DNA from: a virus | Lineage: Duplodnaviria; Caudoviricetes | Direction: 5' to 3' (one strand) | DNA: 49,984 nucleotides | Virus record (IMG/VR): IMGVR_UViG_3300025110_000020 | Location: 1-49,984 of that record | Part shown: positions 35,132 to 45,443 of the stretch, one piece after another | Layout: the number at the start of each line of letters is the position of its first letter | Numbering within the stretch: position 1 is the first letter of the stretch | Made by a program: the position numbers and the translations under genes | The notes under the pieces: generated by a model | Databases searched by the model: none | Seen by the model: only the letters and a program-made list of their open reading frames with translations | Told to the model about the DNA's origin: nothing

Positions 35132-35415
35132 ACGATTTCAACTTGTAAATGTCCTGGATAAACGCCAGCTGTAGTTGGCCAACTAAAATTCAGAAGCTTG
35201 TTTGACCAAACAACTTGGGCATAGTCGTCATTACTTATTATATTATCGTCTGGGAGCTTAACGAAGTCTGAATCGCCATCTAAGCGAACAACATTAAATG
35301 CTCCTGTTGCATAGTCAATTTGAAAACCATAGGCTATCTTGCCCGTTGGTTCTGGGAATTCAATAATTCCCGGTGTCTCAACCTCTTTTAAAAGGGAGAT
35401 GGCATCAAGGCTCAT
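35128..35415 (-). CDS. Virion structural protein
   Basis: Coupled in tail operon; ends GHLQVEIV. Confidence 0.65.
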   Translation of the reverse strand: MSLDAISLLKEVETPGIIEFPEPTGKIAYGFQIDYATGAFNVVRLDGDSDFVKLPDDNIISNDDYAQVVWSNKLLNFSWPTTAGVYPGHLQVEIV

Positions 35416-35789
35416 TAGTTAACATCCTCATAAATAGATAGCCAGCAGCTAAAACTAGTAGTTGCTCCATCATCTACCGTTGGAGCATTCGCAAATACAG
35501 TGTCATAATTGGAAGCTTCACCAACTAGGACTATTTTTTGACCGCTATCAATCAATTGAACAGTCTCACCTGCAGGTACTCTTTTAGATTTTGCTAAATA
35601 ATGCTTGGTTGTTCCACCTGCTTTAAGAATCCATACATCACAAGGAAGATCGAATTCCGTGTTGTTGGAAATAGAAGCTCCTACTACTACGCTTGCCTTA
35701 TTGGCAGGTGTAGCGTATACAGTCACCTCATCACTACTGGGATAATTGGCGTGTCCGAAAGGTAGATTAAATTTTTTAAAACTAGCCAT
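35415..35789 (-). CDS. Virion structural protein
   Basis: VYATPA, GQKIVL, SIYE. Confidence 0.7.
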   Translation of the reverse strand: MASFKKFNLPFGHANYPSSDEVTVYATPANKASVVVGASISNNTEFDLPCDVWILKAGGTTKHYLAKSKRVPAGETVQLIDSGQKIVLVGEASNYDTVFANAPTVDDGATTSFSCWLSIYEDVN

Positions 35790-36295
35790 TAACCGTAGGC
35801 AAGGATGTCGTTAACAGAGCCACCTCCTCCACCACCACCGCCACTGCTGACGATGACCCAAGAATTGAGAGATCCTGCTATATACATACTAAAGGCTCCC
35901 GAGCTTGAGTTATACCACCAATCACCTTCTATCATTCCACTTGTAGGAGCAGTGGCTGCATTGAAAGTTTTATTGCCTGTTGGATTCCAAGCGGAACCTG
36001 TATAAACTTTTAATGTATTAACTGTCGTGTCATACCACAGTAATCCTGTATTCGGAGCACTTGGCGCTGTACCAGCAACTACAATCGTTGATACTGTTTC
36101 ACTAGGCTCTGTCCATGCTGAACCAGTCCATACTTTTAAGATGTTGCCTGTCGGCTCCATCCAAAGATCACCAGTCTTAGGACTGCTAGGAGCAGAAGCT
36201 GCAACAGTGACAGCTCCAATACTACCTAAACGATCTCCAGCCGCTAACTGTTGAGGAAGACCGTCAACATAAACAATAGGTTTGCGATCTGCCAT
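35789..36295 (-). CDS. Tail fibre-like protein
   Basis: Three APS.P..GDLW....LKV..G..W repeats. Confidence 0.75.
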   Translation of the reverse strand: MADRKPIVYVDGLPQQLAAGDRLGSIGAVTVAASAPSSPKTGDLWMEPTGNILKVWTGSAWTEPSETVSTIVVAGTAPSAPNTGLLWYDTTVNTLKVYTGSAWNPTGNKTFNAATAPTSGMIEGDWWYNSSSGAFSMYIAGSLNSWVIVSSGGGGGGGGSVNDILAYG

Positions 36296-36816
36296 CAGCT
36301 CAATTGTATAGGTGTGCTAATTTTGATATCTATTTTATCGTCACTAATTCCTTCTCCTACTAAGACACTAAACTCTCCTGCTGTAGAAGGTGCTGTTGTT
36401 GTTACCCCTCCTGCTGTATCACTCAGGAAATACTGCGTAGTTGCAGCATAACTGCCTGTGTTCTCTAAGGAACCTCTCGTTACAACGGCAACTTCATTGT
36501 CTTGAAGTGCATCTTCTTTGGCGAATCCAAGGACAGTTGCTTTCTCTCGTGTGTCATCGTTTTCTGCTTTGTACACCTTGCCATCACTTTGGATATACAA
36601 AGCATCTCCTTTGGAAACATCTTCTCCAACAGTGAGACTCAGAGCAATAGAAGCACCACTACCTCCTCCTCCAAGAGCACCTTGCAATGCTACTAACGCG
36701 GAAATAATTCCACCAGTATTATTTGGATAACCAGTCGTCAATGTTCCCCCCGCTGCAACGATACAGGCTTGTATAGCGGCAATGATGCCACTAGTGTTTT
36801 CAGGATAAGCTGCCAT
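36295..36816 (-). CDS. Virion protein (capsid cement/decoration-like C-terminal domain)
   Basis: GEDVSKGDALYI..DGKV.KA, YFLS...G..T..AP. Confidence 0.7.
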   Translation of the reverse strand: MAAYPENTSGIIAAIQACIVAAGGTLTTGYPNNTGGIISALVALQGALGGGGSGASIALSLTVGEDVSKGDALYIQSDGKVYKAENDDTREKATVLGFAKEDALQDNEVAVVTRGSLENTGSYAATTQYFLSDTAGGVTTTAPSTAGEFSVLVGEGISDDKIDIKISTPIQLS

Positions 36817-36825
36817 GATTTAATT

Positions 36826-38235
36826 TTACTTGATAATGACAGGGGCATCGGCAGAACTACCATCGACTGATTCAATCATTGGATAATCGACTCCCCCCTG
36901 AGTAACTGTTGATTCAAAAGCTTGAGTTGCACTATTGAAAATTCTCATCTGCTGAGAACCTCTCTTCAGCCACCAATCGTTTTGTCTGCACCAAACAGCT
37001 AATGGTTCAGTAGGATCATTCCATAGCATAGGCAAAGAGGAAGGTCGTATGGACTCTCTTACATCTCCTCCAGGAAATAAATTAATTCCTACCACTTCAG
37101 CTAACGATAAAATATATCGATCATAGTTAATACGATGTCTTGCGTTGTAATCCCTGTAAACCTCGTTATCAAAATCACGTTCCATCTGCACGCCAAAAGA
37201 TCTTAAATCATCATCATTGACTGGGTAATCATTTGGTTCGTACCATGGGATACCACACTCCCACCTCAAGGCATGCATATGTTTACATTCCCTACGTTCG
37301 TCAATTCTTTGAGGTAAACTTCTCCACTGTCTGTAGTAGCCTGCACCTTCTTTCTCCCATTTAGAGAAAACAGTACGACTAGCGTTAGGTAGAGGGAAAG
37401 CATCCATACCTGCATTTTCATTAGGAAATTCTAGGTTCGCTAATGCACCACCTAAGTGATCAGGGCAGCAACAAAATAACTTATGGGCAGAGCATAAATG
37501 ACGGCTACCAGTAGTATTCCATACGTTGGGATCATTAGGATCATAAGCTAACTTCTTCCAATAGATTGTATTATTTACCCTAACCCTTCCATATGCTTTT
37601 GATAAGTCGAATGTCAAAGTCATTCCACCAACGCTTACAGACTTCAGTGTTAATGCAACACTTCCTACAGGTTCTTTGACTACGTCGTCTGGGTAGTTTG
37701 GTCCGCTTGCTGTGTCTTCAAATTGATCACCTATAAAGACATTGAAAATCCCAACCTGAGCTGCTGTTAATACTCCACTAACGTCATATACCAATTCGTG
37801 ATTAGCAGGATCAGGGTCTGAAGTAAAGGTTGTGATAGCAGAAGAACTTAGGGGTTGAGGGAGGATGATACTTCCACGAGTTCTGCAACCCACATACCAT
37901 GTTCTTTCTGGACTGGATTTACTGGGAAACATCACAACAATATCTTTAGATACACCACTCACAGCTCCTGTCTTAAATCGGGTATTGCTATATAAATAAA
38001 CATCGTCCCATGAACGACCTAAGCCGTAGTAATAGGCTTGTCCTAATTGCCAACGTTTATAGTCTGTTGTTCTATTGTAATTTTCTAGGACAGTTGGAAA
38101 TAGGATTGTTCCATATTCACCTGCGCCTGATGTCTTGTTAGGATATAAACCTTTTGCTCTTGTAGTAAGACCACGACTAATTGGTTTCAGACCAAAGCCA
38201 CCACCTAAAGAAGTAGCTCCTAATCCTTTACCCAT
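36826..38235 (-). CDS. Hypothetical protein with SWIM-like Zn finger
   Basis: FCCCPDH ... ECKH. Confidence 0.65.
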   Translation of the reverse strand: MGKGLGATSLGGGFGLKPISRGLTTRAKGLYPNKTSGAGEYGTILFPTVLENYNRTTDYKRWQLGQAYYYGLGRSWDDVYLYSNTRFKTGAVSGVSKDIVVMFPSKSSPERTWYVGCRTRGSIILPQPLSSSAITTFTSDPDPANHELVYDVSGVLTAAQVGIFNVFIGDQFEDTASGPNYPDDVVKEPVGSVALTLKSVSVGGMTLTFDLSKAYGRVRVNNTIYWKKLAYDPNDPNVWNTTGSRHLCSAHKLFCCCPDHLGGALANLEFPNENAGMDAFPLPNASRTVFSKWEKEGAGYYRQWRSLPQRIDERRECKHMHALRWECGIPWYEPNDYPVNDDDLRSFGVQMERDFDNEVYRDYNARHRINYDRYILSLAEVVGINLFPGGDVRESIRPSSLPMLWNDPTEPLAVWCRQNDWWLKRGSQQMRIFNSATQAFESTVTQGGVDYPMIESVDGSSADAPVIIK

Positions 38236-40010
38236 TAGAAGTAATTTTTGTCATAGAAGAAACTACTTTGCTTGTCAGATCCTCTCTTCATTCCAGCTCT
38301 TGCATAAGGTCTATCGTCCTTTGCTTTAGGTCCTACGGTTACAGCACCACGATCATCTGATTTATCGCTCCAACTTGGTCCACCTGATTTGATACTGGTA
38401 GGTTTGATACTTGCTTGATTACCTCCTATAGCAATACCACTCTTTAATCGAGATGTTTCTCTATCTTGATTTCCTCTGATGTATTCATTGACCCTGTTCA
38501 TCATCTCTTTATGATCTACCCCAGCCAAATCAGCCTTGTCCATCATCGTTTGACTCATGAGCCACTTCTGCTCTTTGACTTTATTGTCGTAAGACTGAGT
38601 AGGGTTCTCTTTTGAATAAGCTCCAGAGGGATCATCTAGGGGGTCTGAATTATCTCCAGGTCCCATCCAATTTCCATGATCACTTTTATCGTCAGTAATA
38701 TCTCCAATACCAGGATTGCCACCTGGATCACCACCTGGATCACCACCTGGGTCTCCACCTGGATCTATGTCTTCGCATTTTCCATTCACTAATCTTTGGC
38801 CACTGCCACATGTAGTCGTATTGTCCGCAACACACTTTCCATTAACAAGTGTCTCATTCGCTCCACATTCAATGATTGGATCAGGATCTTTACATCCTCC
38901 TGCACCATCAGGTACCTGAGGCGCTGTACATACTTGTGCTGTAGCTCCACAGCTTCCCGTGCTACTGTTGTAGTTCATAGCTACACCAGTTTTTTGGTAG
39001 CAATCGTATTCAGGGGAGAGTTTGATATTTTTCAGCACATCAGCTCTAGTCTGAGTATCGCCAAGATCTCTTAACCACCAATCTTTTCCTCCGAAACCCT
39101 CGAATGGATGAGTTGAGTGAGTTGAGTGGTCTGCATCATCCCAGTCGGCACCAATACCACCAGTGCCGCCAGAAGGATCTAACCCTTCTAAAGGACGTCC
39201 AAGGATATCTTCGTATGTATCTCTCAACCATTTTTCGTCTGATAAATCTACACTCTCCGCTACCTTGCTAATATCCCAACCATCATTCTTCATGTGGTCG
39301 AACCAATACTCCTTACCCTTAGCGTCTGGATCTCTCTTTAAAACATCTTGATATAGATCATCTAAATTTTCTTTTTGAACTGTTTCATACTCAGGAGAAT
39401 TACGAATACTTTGTTCAACCTTACTAATATCCCAACCGTTATCCTTTATTTGTTTTACCCAGAAATCTAATCCTCCTTGGTCTGCACCTCTCTCTAAGAG
39501 TGAATCATACAATCCCTTAACTGCTGTTACATCGGCATCTTCAGATGACCCTGCAACCGATGAGTTTTGAGGTGAGCTTTGAGGTGCTGGAGCAGGAGAA
39601 GATGATGAGCTACTGCTACTACTACTATTGTTATTGCTAGGCGTAATTGTAAGAGGAGCTGGAGCAGGAGAAGATGATGAGCTACTGCTACTACTACTAT
39701 TGTTATTGCTAGGCGTAATTGTAACCGAAGGTGTGCTCGTAGCCTTGGCTGTCGATGCTGCTTTCTTCGCTACTACTGCTGCCTTGGCTGCTTTGAATGA
39801 ACTTGTATCTTTAACTCCCTTCGCAATACCTGCTGCTTTTCTATCCTTAGCTTCTTTTGATGCTGCAAAACTTTCTTTTATCTTTGATGGACTAACACCA
39901 GAATTTAATGCCTTTGTCCAATACTCTTTACCACCAGCATCTGGCGCTCGACCAAATTCAGATTGGTAAAGATTATCTAAAAAAGAAGAAGCGTTAACAG
40001 CAGAAGGCAT
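38235..40010 (-). CDS. DUF4214-like multi-repeat protein with Ser-rich linker, Cys repeats and DPGG tract
   Basis: Four LY...(F/L)GR..D..G..(Y/F)W units; C......V.GKC repeats; (DPGG)4. Confidence 0.78.
   Translation of the reverse strand: MPSAVNASSFLDNLYQSEFGRAPDAGGKEYWTKALNSGVSPSKIKESFAASKEAKDRKAAGIAKGVKDTSSFKAAKAAVVAKKAASTAKATSTPSVTITPSNNNSSSSSSSSSSPAPAPLTITPSNNNSSSSSSSSSSPAPAPQSSPQNSSVAGSSEDADVTAVKGLYDSLLERGADQGGLDFWVKQIKDNGWDISKVEQSIRNSPEYETVQKENLDDLYQDVLKRDPDAKGKEYWFDHMKNDGWDISKVAESVDLSDEKWLRDTYEDILGRPLEGLDPSGGTGGIGADWDDADHSTHSTHPFEGFGGKDWWLRDLGDTQTRADVLKNIKLSPEYDCYQKTGVAMNYNSSTGSCGATAQVCTAPQVPDGAGGCKDPDPIIECGANETLVNGKCVADNTTTCGSGQRLVNGKCEDIDPGGDPGGDPGGDPGGNPGIGDITDDKSDHGNWMGPGDNSDPLDDPSGAYSKENPTQSYDNKVKEQKWLMSQTMMDKADLAGVDHKEMMNRVNEYIRGNQDRETSRLKSGIAIGGNQASIKPTSIKSGGPSWSDKSDDRGAVTVGPKAKDDRPYARAGMKRGSDKQSSFFYDKNYF
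39586..39724. repeat. Perfect 67-bp direct repeat (72-bp period)
   Basis: 39586-39652 is identical to 39658-39724; encodes TITPSNNNSSSSSSSSSSPAPA twice. Confidence 0.92.
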
Positions 40011-40013
40011 GAC

Positions 40014-40550
40014 TTAGAAGAACCCACCTTGGGCAAAGACGTGGACACGTGTAGTAGAAGCAGGGGCGGTCAGAGCTTCAGAAACTCCTACATATAACAA
40101 TGCACCGGATGGAACATATAAACCTGTATTTTTCTTATCAGTTTCACTTGGGTAGGCTGCCATAGTCGCTGCAGGACTAGCTAAGTTTGGAACTGGTACC
40201 GTTAAAGCAGGCAAGGCTATATTCACTCTTTCTCCAGCCGAAGTAGTTCCTATAGCTCCACTAGCGACGACAACCGTATTGGCTACAGTAATATTCGCAG
40301 GTGTTGTTGCTGTGCTTAGAAAAGCAAGAACAACTTTTGCAGAAGTAGCTGCTTCTGTGGAAACGATTGAAAGACTGTCTATCACAGCTCCATCGTTTGC
40401 GGAGCAATCAACTAGCAAAACACACCCCGCACTTGCAGGAGTGTTGTAATTAGCAGCTGTTGTTAAAGCCGCTGTGCCGCCAATACTGGCAAAAGAATGC
40501 AATGGTCTATCGACCAAAAGCGGCATCTTATTAGAACTTGTGCTGGCCAT
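40014..40550 (-). CDS. Virion structural protein
   Basis: MASTSSNKMPLLVDRPL...AQGGFF; GAGG RBS. Confidence 0.7.
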   Translation of the reverse strand: MASTSSNKMPLLVDRPLHSFASIGGTAALTTAANYNTPASAGCVLLVDCSANDGAVIDSLSIVSTEAATSAKVVLAFLSTATTPANITVANTVVVASGAIGTTSAGERVNIALPALTVPVPNLASPAATMAAYPSETDKKNTGLYVPSGALLYVGVSEALTAPASTTRVHVFAQGGFF

Positions 40551-40594
40551 TTAATACCTCGTCTATATAGATTTTATAGGTTTTTGGAAGACAC

Positions 40595-40867
40595 CTACAA
40601 TCCCGGACCTGCAGGAGCCCACCCTAGGTGACTCCCAGGTTTCCCTGCAGGGATATTTCTTTGAGGGCCACTATTCATTAATCCTAATGCAGTGCTCATT
40701 CCTCGAGACTCTGTACTTCTAGGACTACTAGGCTTTCCAGAATGTAAAGTTACAGGTGCTTTATCAAAGGAAGGATTTCTTTTCCATCTTGGCTTTGCCT
40801 CATGGGAAGGACAATCGCATTTCTTGCCTTGTTTTCCTTTCTTGCACCCGCAAGGTTTCTTCTTCAT
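40595..40867 (-). CDS. Basic Cys-containing hypothetical protein
   Basis: ATGA coupling to upstream gene. Confidence 0.5.
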   Translation of the reverse strand: MKKKPCGCKKGKQGKKCDCPSHEAKPRWKRNPSFDKAPVTLHSGKPSSPRSTESRGMSTALGLMNSGPQRNIPAGKPGSHLGWAPAGPGL

Positions 40868-41829
40868 ATCAAATTCCTCACAACACTAGATGCTACGTTG
40901 CTCCGACTCCGCGATCCAGGTCTGGTAGGATCGTTGCCTGCCTTAGTACTATTCATCCAATTCATTGCTAAGGTGTCTGCTTCTTCTTGAAGTTTTGCAG
41001 CAACACTATCTGAAGTTGGAATCTTCTTCGAGTTTGCCCAGTCATTAGCTGGATTGACGACATTACCATCGAAGCCATTTTGATTGGCAGGTTGAACTCC
41101 CTCTTCGAGAGGGCTCACAACTGCACTAGAAGGTTGCATAGATTTGTTCCCTGCGCCTGTTCCTTTGTCTGGAGCAAATTTATTAGAGATAAAAGGTTGT
41201 ATCTTGGCGTTAGCTGTATCTCTGTTAACCGTTGGATTAGTTAGATTGCCAACTGTCCCAGGATTTGGAGCGAATCCAACTGCCAGAGGGTTATCAGTTG
41301 CTAAATCACCTTTTAAAGTGTTCTCCTTAGTCGCATCACTCAAGTTATTAGCAACAGGGAATGATGCGTTAACTAGTGACTGATTGTGTCCCCATTCGCC
41401 TAGAGACTGCTGCTCTGGTGATTGATTGTTTGGGTTGCCATACTGCTGCAATAACGCCCTCATATCTGATTCCTTTCCAGAGTTAGTAGTAATATTTGTA
41501 CCATTAACTGTTGGGCCTGTATCTCCTGCTGGATTTGGAGGAGCAATCTTTTCTCCTCTAATCCATGCATTCTTTTTGTCTGTATAATTCTTTGACCATT
41601 CAGCAGTCTTAGAAGGAGTAGAAGATCCAAGAGCTGGAGGTAGAGTCTCTCCTGTTAAAGGATCATAATTACCCGATAAATATGGTGCGTAAGCTGCCTT
41701 CTGGGAAGGAGTCATCTTGTTGAATCTGTCCTGAGTTAAAGGAACTAAGTCAACCTTGCTCTTACTCCAAGTAGCGTTGGTGGACATTCCGTTCTTAGAA
41801 CTCCTGTTTTTGTTGCCTTGACCTGCCAC
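40864..41829 (-). CDS. Low-complexity hypothetical protein
   Basis: 321 aa, GTG start with GGAGG RBS. Confidence 0.65.
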   Translation of the reverse strand: MAGQGNKNRSSKNGMSTNATWSKSKVDLVPLTQDRFNKMTPSQKAAYAPYLSGNYDPLTGETLPPALGSSTPSKTAEWSKNYTDKKNAWIRGEKIAPPNPAGDTGPTVNGTNITTNSGKESDMRALLQQYGNPNNQSPEQQSLGEWGHNQSLVNASFPVANNLSDATKENTLKGDLATDNPLAVGFAPNPGTVGNLTNPTVNRDTANAKIQPFISNKFAPDKGTGAGNKSMQPSSAVVSPLEEGVQPANQNGFDGNVVNPANDWANSKKIPTSDSVAAKLQEEADTLAMNWMNSTKAGNDPTRPGSRSRSNVASSVVRNLI

Positions 41830-41835
41830 GAGTGA

Positions 41836-42321
41836 TTACCTCCAGTTTTGTGATCCAACAGCTTGAGCTATCCTTGTGCCAACAGCAGTATCTGCTGGAC
41901 CCTTGATAGCCATGATAAACTCTGATCCTGCTCGATCAAAAGCGTATCGTCTAACTTCATCTCTACGATAGTTGGCTACGTAAAGAGTCTCCGCTAATCT
42001 GTCTACTTCTCTCAAATAGATCTCTCTGTAATCCTTGTCCGCCTTGATAGGATCAGATTGGTAAATAGCACGATCTGTATCTCCAGTAATACGTTCAATA
42101 CGACTTGGTTGAGGCTGACTTTCAACCCTGAAGACTTGAGACAATTTGTAAGTCTTATCGCACCTGTCTAAATGCTCTATAACTCTCGAATAGAAATAAC
42201 TATCCGGAACCCGAGCCATTGCTTCCTCTAGGCGAGCAATATCTCCTGCAGGGAGGTTGGCTCCCGTGTTATAGCCAAGGTGAAACCTAGTTCGGCTTTT
42301 ATCGTAGTCGTTAAGCTCCAA
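41836..42321 (-). CDS. Putative head-completion/adaptor protein
   Basis: DKSRTRFHLGY helical protein downstream of capsid genes; function inferred from position. Confidence 0.55.
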   Translation of the reverse strand: MELNDYDKSRTRFHLGYNTGANLPAGDIARLEEAMARVPDSYFYSRVIEHLDRCDKTYKLSQVFRVESQPQPSRIERITGDTDRAIYQSDPIKADKDYREIYLREVDRLAETLYVANYRRDEVRRYAFDRAGSEFIMAIKGPADTAVGTRIAQAVGSQNWR

Positions 42322-42344
42322 TGGCTGCCTAGTTTATCTCTTCC

Positions 42345-42773
42345 TTATTGTAGGTAAATCAAATCGTTCTTAAAAACTTCATCCCAATCCACTCGACTAA
42401 TCTTCCTTAATTGTTCTAAGTTCTTGAATTTTTCGCCTGGTAGAGACAGGCGTAACTCGACAATCTTCTTAGCTGTCGCATAACCAACACCTTTGACAGT
42501 CTTCGCTATTCCTTCTGCTGTTGCCAAGTTTAGGTTTAATCTATTGTCTGCAGGGATGATTGTTTCAGGAAGTTTATCTTCATCTTCCTCTTTCAAAGAC
42601 ATAGGTTCAATTTTAGTTCCTGTCTTTCCTTTCCCAGGTTCGTAGGATTCAAGATCAGCTAATGCAACGTATTGAACGACACCTCCCGCGTTCTTAACCA
42701 TTGCCCACTCCTTGTCGTGTCGACCAATGAATTCAACGATCTGACCGTTCTTTTGATTTTGGTATAGCGTCAT
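42345..42773 (-). CDS. Helix-hairpin-helix (ComEA-like) DNA-binding protein
   Basis: LNLNLATAE.I...VKGVG..TAKKIVE.R...F.NLEQL; start MTLYQ at 42773. Confidence 0.82.
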   Translation of the reverse strand: MTLYQNQKNGQIVEFIGRHDKEWAMVKNAGGVVQYVALADLESYEPGKGKTGTKIEPMSLKEEDEDKLPETIIPADNRLNLNLATAEGIAKTVKGVGYATAKKIVELRLSLPGEKFKNLEQLRKISRVDWDEVFKNDLIYLQ

Positions 42774-42779
42774 AACAAT

Positions 42780-42808
42780 AAAAAAGGACACCTTTTGCAA
42801 GATGCCCT
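42780..42808 (-). terminator. Intrinsic terminator after capsid genes
   Basis: AGGGCATCTT-GCAA-AAGGTGTCCT followed by TTTTT. Confidence 0.75.
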
Positions 42809-42842
42809 CATCATAGGGACAAACAGAAGTTTTAGCTTCTAT

Positions 42843-43478
42843 TTATGTCTCAGTTATAAAAGGAATGAATGTTGAATTCACATCAGCCACGTCATCTTCA
42901 ACGAAGTAAGCTACTTCAACGATGATTGGTGTACCACCAGTAGCAGTAGAAGATAGGTTACTACCTGTACCGTTACCAGCCGCATTACGTACATAGACCT
43001 TAAGAGTCTCTGCACCAGCTAATGTCTTAGCTTCTACTTCTCCTTTCTTTGCAGAAGTAGGAGCAATAGTTGTAAGAGCAACTGCAATTGTTGGAGTAGA
43101 AACTACTGTGGTGCTGATTGTACCAGCGGCAGAAGCTGCTGCATCCTTAACTGCAATTGTGTCGGTGTTAGTACCAACAAGTCCAGAAGTTGCATTACCA
43201 ACTCCTTTGTCCTTCCTCATGTCAGGAACACGTACACCAACGTGGTATACATTTGCACCTGCAGGGATGGTTAATCCTGTGATGTTCGCACGGACTTTGT
43301 CGTCTGCACGCATATCAGGACTAGGGATAGTTACAGCGAACTCGGTGCCACCTGTGGAGTCAACGAGAGCATAACCAATCTTTTGGAAGTACTGTCTTCC
43401 AGGAAGAGCCACAACGGGCTGACCTTGATAACTACTGAGTGTTGTAACCCAGTTTCCAGGGAAAATCTTTTTAGCCAT
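42843..43478 (-). CDS. Putative minor capsid/decoration protein
   Basis: Directly downstream of MCP, GGAGG RBS, Ala/Thr-rich. Confidence 0.65.
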   Translation of the reverse strand: MAKKIFPGNWVTTLSSYQGQPVVALPGRQYFQKIGYALVDSTGGTEFAVTIPSPDMRADDKVRANITGLTIPAGANVYHVGVRVPDMRKDKGVGNATSGLVGTNTDTIAVKDAAASAAGTISTTVVSTPTIAVALTTIAPTSAKKGEVEAKTLAGAETLKVYVRNAAGNGTGSNLSSTATGGTPIIVEVAYFVEDDVADVNSTFIPFITET

Positions 43479-43495
43479 TGTTATTAGTTACCTCC

Positions 43496-44644
43496 TCAAT
43501 ATACGAATGAGTAAGCAACAGTTATGAAGTCCTTATTAAGGATTTCAAAACCAGCAAACAAGGACCAAATCATAATGATGAAGCGTGAAAAGTCATCATT
43601 ATTGTTTAATAAAATTTGGGCATTGTTTCCACCAATACCAACACCAACTGCTTGAGGACCGAAGAACAACATTGGAGCAATATTGTAGTCTGCTGCGCCG
43701 GCACCGCCAGGAGCAACTGCAATACTTGCATTGATAGTTTTCTCAGGTAAGTTGGTTGATTCGAACCATCTTACGCCTTCAAACAAAAATCCGGTAGGCA
43801 TAACCGGCTGACCGGCTACAAAACCAGCTTGTCCATAAGCTGGACCCATACCTTGGAAGAAGTTAGCGTTAGGAGCTTGCTCAGGAGACATAGGATTAAC
43901 CATGCCGTTACCTGCATAACGAGCAATCTCTCTAAATGCGTCGTTCTGACGAAGATGCATCATTGCTGTTGGATCAGCAATACATCTGTAATATCCATCA
44001 GAGAATGTAGGGACGTTGCGCTTGCGCATGTCCTTAATTACCTGAAGTAAATCAGTCTTAACGTCGAATTTAGCTGCTACACCTGCACCGTATGTGTAGA
44101 AAGGTGCTGCTGCTGCTTTAGCTGTACCGCCTGGGAAGTAGTATCCACCCTGGCTGTCAGATGAGTTTCCATTGGCTTCTGCTTTAAATAGCTCATCCGC
44201 GAAAACTCTGTCACGCCAACGCCTGTAGTCATCCAAAAGTGTAAGGCTACCTATACTCTGATGAAAAACGTTGAGGTTACCAGTGTCTAATAAAAGACGC
44301 TGTGCTGTAAGCAATGTCTCACGAGCAACCTTGAAGGTTGAAGGAGAAGTTGCATCGGTAGGATCTGCAGGACCTGTATACTCTTTCAAGTTGACAAGTA
44401 CTTTATCCTTAACGATATTTCTGCTAGAAGCTGTACCTAGTGTCTGATCTGCTGTACGCTCTCTGGAATCCTTATTACCAGGATTTCCCCAGAAGCGATA
44501 CCTATCGAGCTGGACCGTTTGGCCCGGCTGTTTAGCGAAATCGTGTACCACTACAGGCTCTACAGCCATCTCGACGATATAGCCGGGATGGGGCCTATAG
44601 AGCTCAGCCCCTAACAGTTTTGGGAAATCATTATCAATCCACAT
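43496..44644 (-). CDS. Major capsid protein (N4-gp56-like)
   Basis: MWIDNDFPKLLGAELYRPHP, KQPGQTVQLDRY, GFLFEGVRWFES, DDFSRFI; HK97-like size. Confidence 0.85.
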   Translation of the reverse strand: MWIDNDFPKLLGAELYRPHPGYIVEMAVEPVVVHDFAKQPGQTVQLDRYRFWGNPGNKDSRERTADQTLGTASSRNIVKDKVLVNLKEYTGPADPTDATSPSTFKVARETLLTAQRLLLDTGNLNVFHQSIGSLTLLDDYRRWRDRVFADELFKAEANGNSSDSQGGYYFPGGTAKAAAAPFYTYGAGVAAKFDVKTDLLQVIKDMRKRNVPTFSDGYYRCIADPTAMMHLRQNDAFREIARYAGNGMVNPMSPEQAPNANFFQGMGPAYGQAGFVAGQPVMPTGFLFEGVRWFESTNLPEKTINASIAVAPGGAGAADYNIAPMLFFGPQAVGVGIGGNNAQILLNNNDDFSRFIIMIWSLFAGFEILNKDFITVAYSFVY

Positions 44645-44735
44645 TTGGGATCTCTAACTCCGAAAACATATAGAACAAAAACACGACATATGGCGTGCTA
44701 TTTACTACTATAAGTAAATCGTATAGGGAGAAACA

Positions 44736-45443
44736 TTGGACGTAGCAGACGTGCGTGGATTATTAGGCCTACTTCTTGGAGATGGGAGCTTGGTCCCATA
44801 TCGTACTCCTGGAGGTGGTTATATACAATTAACGCTAACAGCGGGAGCATCTGAGTCTTGTTTTTTAGAAGAAAAGGTCTCAGAATTTCGTCAATTCATT
44901 CAAACCAAGGCCAAGATTGTACCCTATAAGACCACTCCAAGGTCGAACGGCAAGACAACTCCAATCTTAAGATTTCGGGTTTCAACCAATAAATTAAGAC
45001 CTGTTTACAATCTTTTATATCCCTTAGGAGAGAGGCAAATAACAATAACCACTCTCGACTTGTTAGGAGCCCCAGCAGCGGCTTGGTTGTGGGCAGAAGG
45101 AGCTAGGCCTAAGAAAGATCAGACTAACGTGCTCACACGTGTTGGAAACACTAGTGAAGAAGCGCTCATAATCTCTAAATGGCTCAACATGTTGACCGGA
45201 GCCTGTTCGACCTTAGATTCTAATTTTGCTCGTCCTAGGTTGGTTTTTGACGTAGATCAATCCCACAAAATCAAGCAGGCTTTAAATCAATATTCCCCTA
45301 AGAGTAAACAGCACTTATTCCAAGGAGATTTACTGGATGTCAACTCAATTCGTAACGCACGCACTGAGTTGCAGTTTAGGGAGAGGAATGATCAGTCTAA
45401 AAGGAACGAAGAACCGTCCATGGTTGGAGATATCTCGATGTGA
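44736..45443 (+). CDS. LAGLIDADG endonuclease-like protein
   Basis: GLLGLLLGDGSL first motif; second motif AAWLWAEG is degenerate; LYP.GE..IT...L. Confidence 0.75.
   Translation: MDVADVRGLLGLLLGDGSLVPYRTPGGGYIQLTLTAGASESCFLEEKVSEFRQFIQTKAKIVPYKTTPRSNGKTTPILRFRVSTNKLRPVYNLLYPLGERQITITTLDLLGAPAAAWLWAEGARPKKDQTNVLTRVGNTSEEALIISKWLNMLTGACSTLDSNFARPRLVFDVDQSHKIKQALNQYSPKSKQHLFQGDLLDVNSIRNARTELQFRERNDQSKRNEEPSMVGDISM

Noticed and set aside
43496-44644. Intein or intron in the MCP linked to the neighbouring LAGLIDADG genes
   Set aside because: The MCP is continuous, with no splicing motifs; the endonuclease-like ORFs are on the opposite strand outside it.
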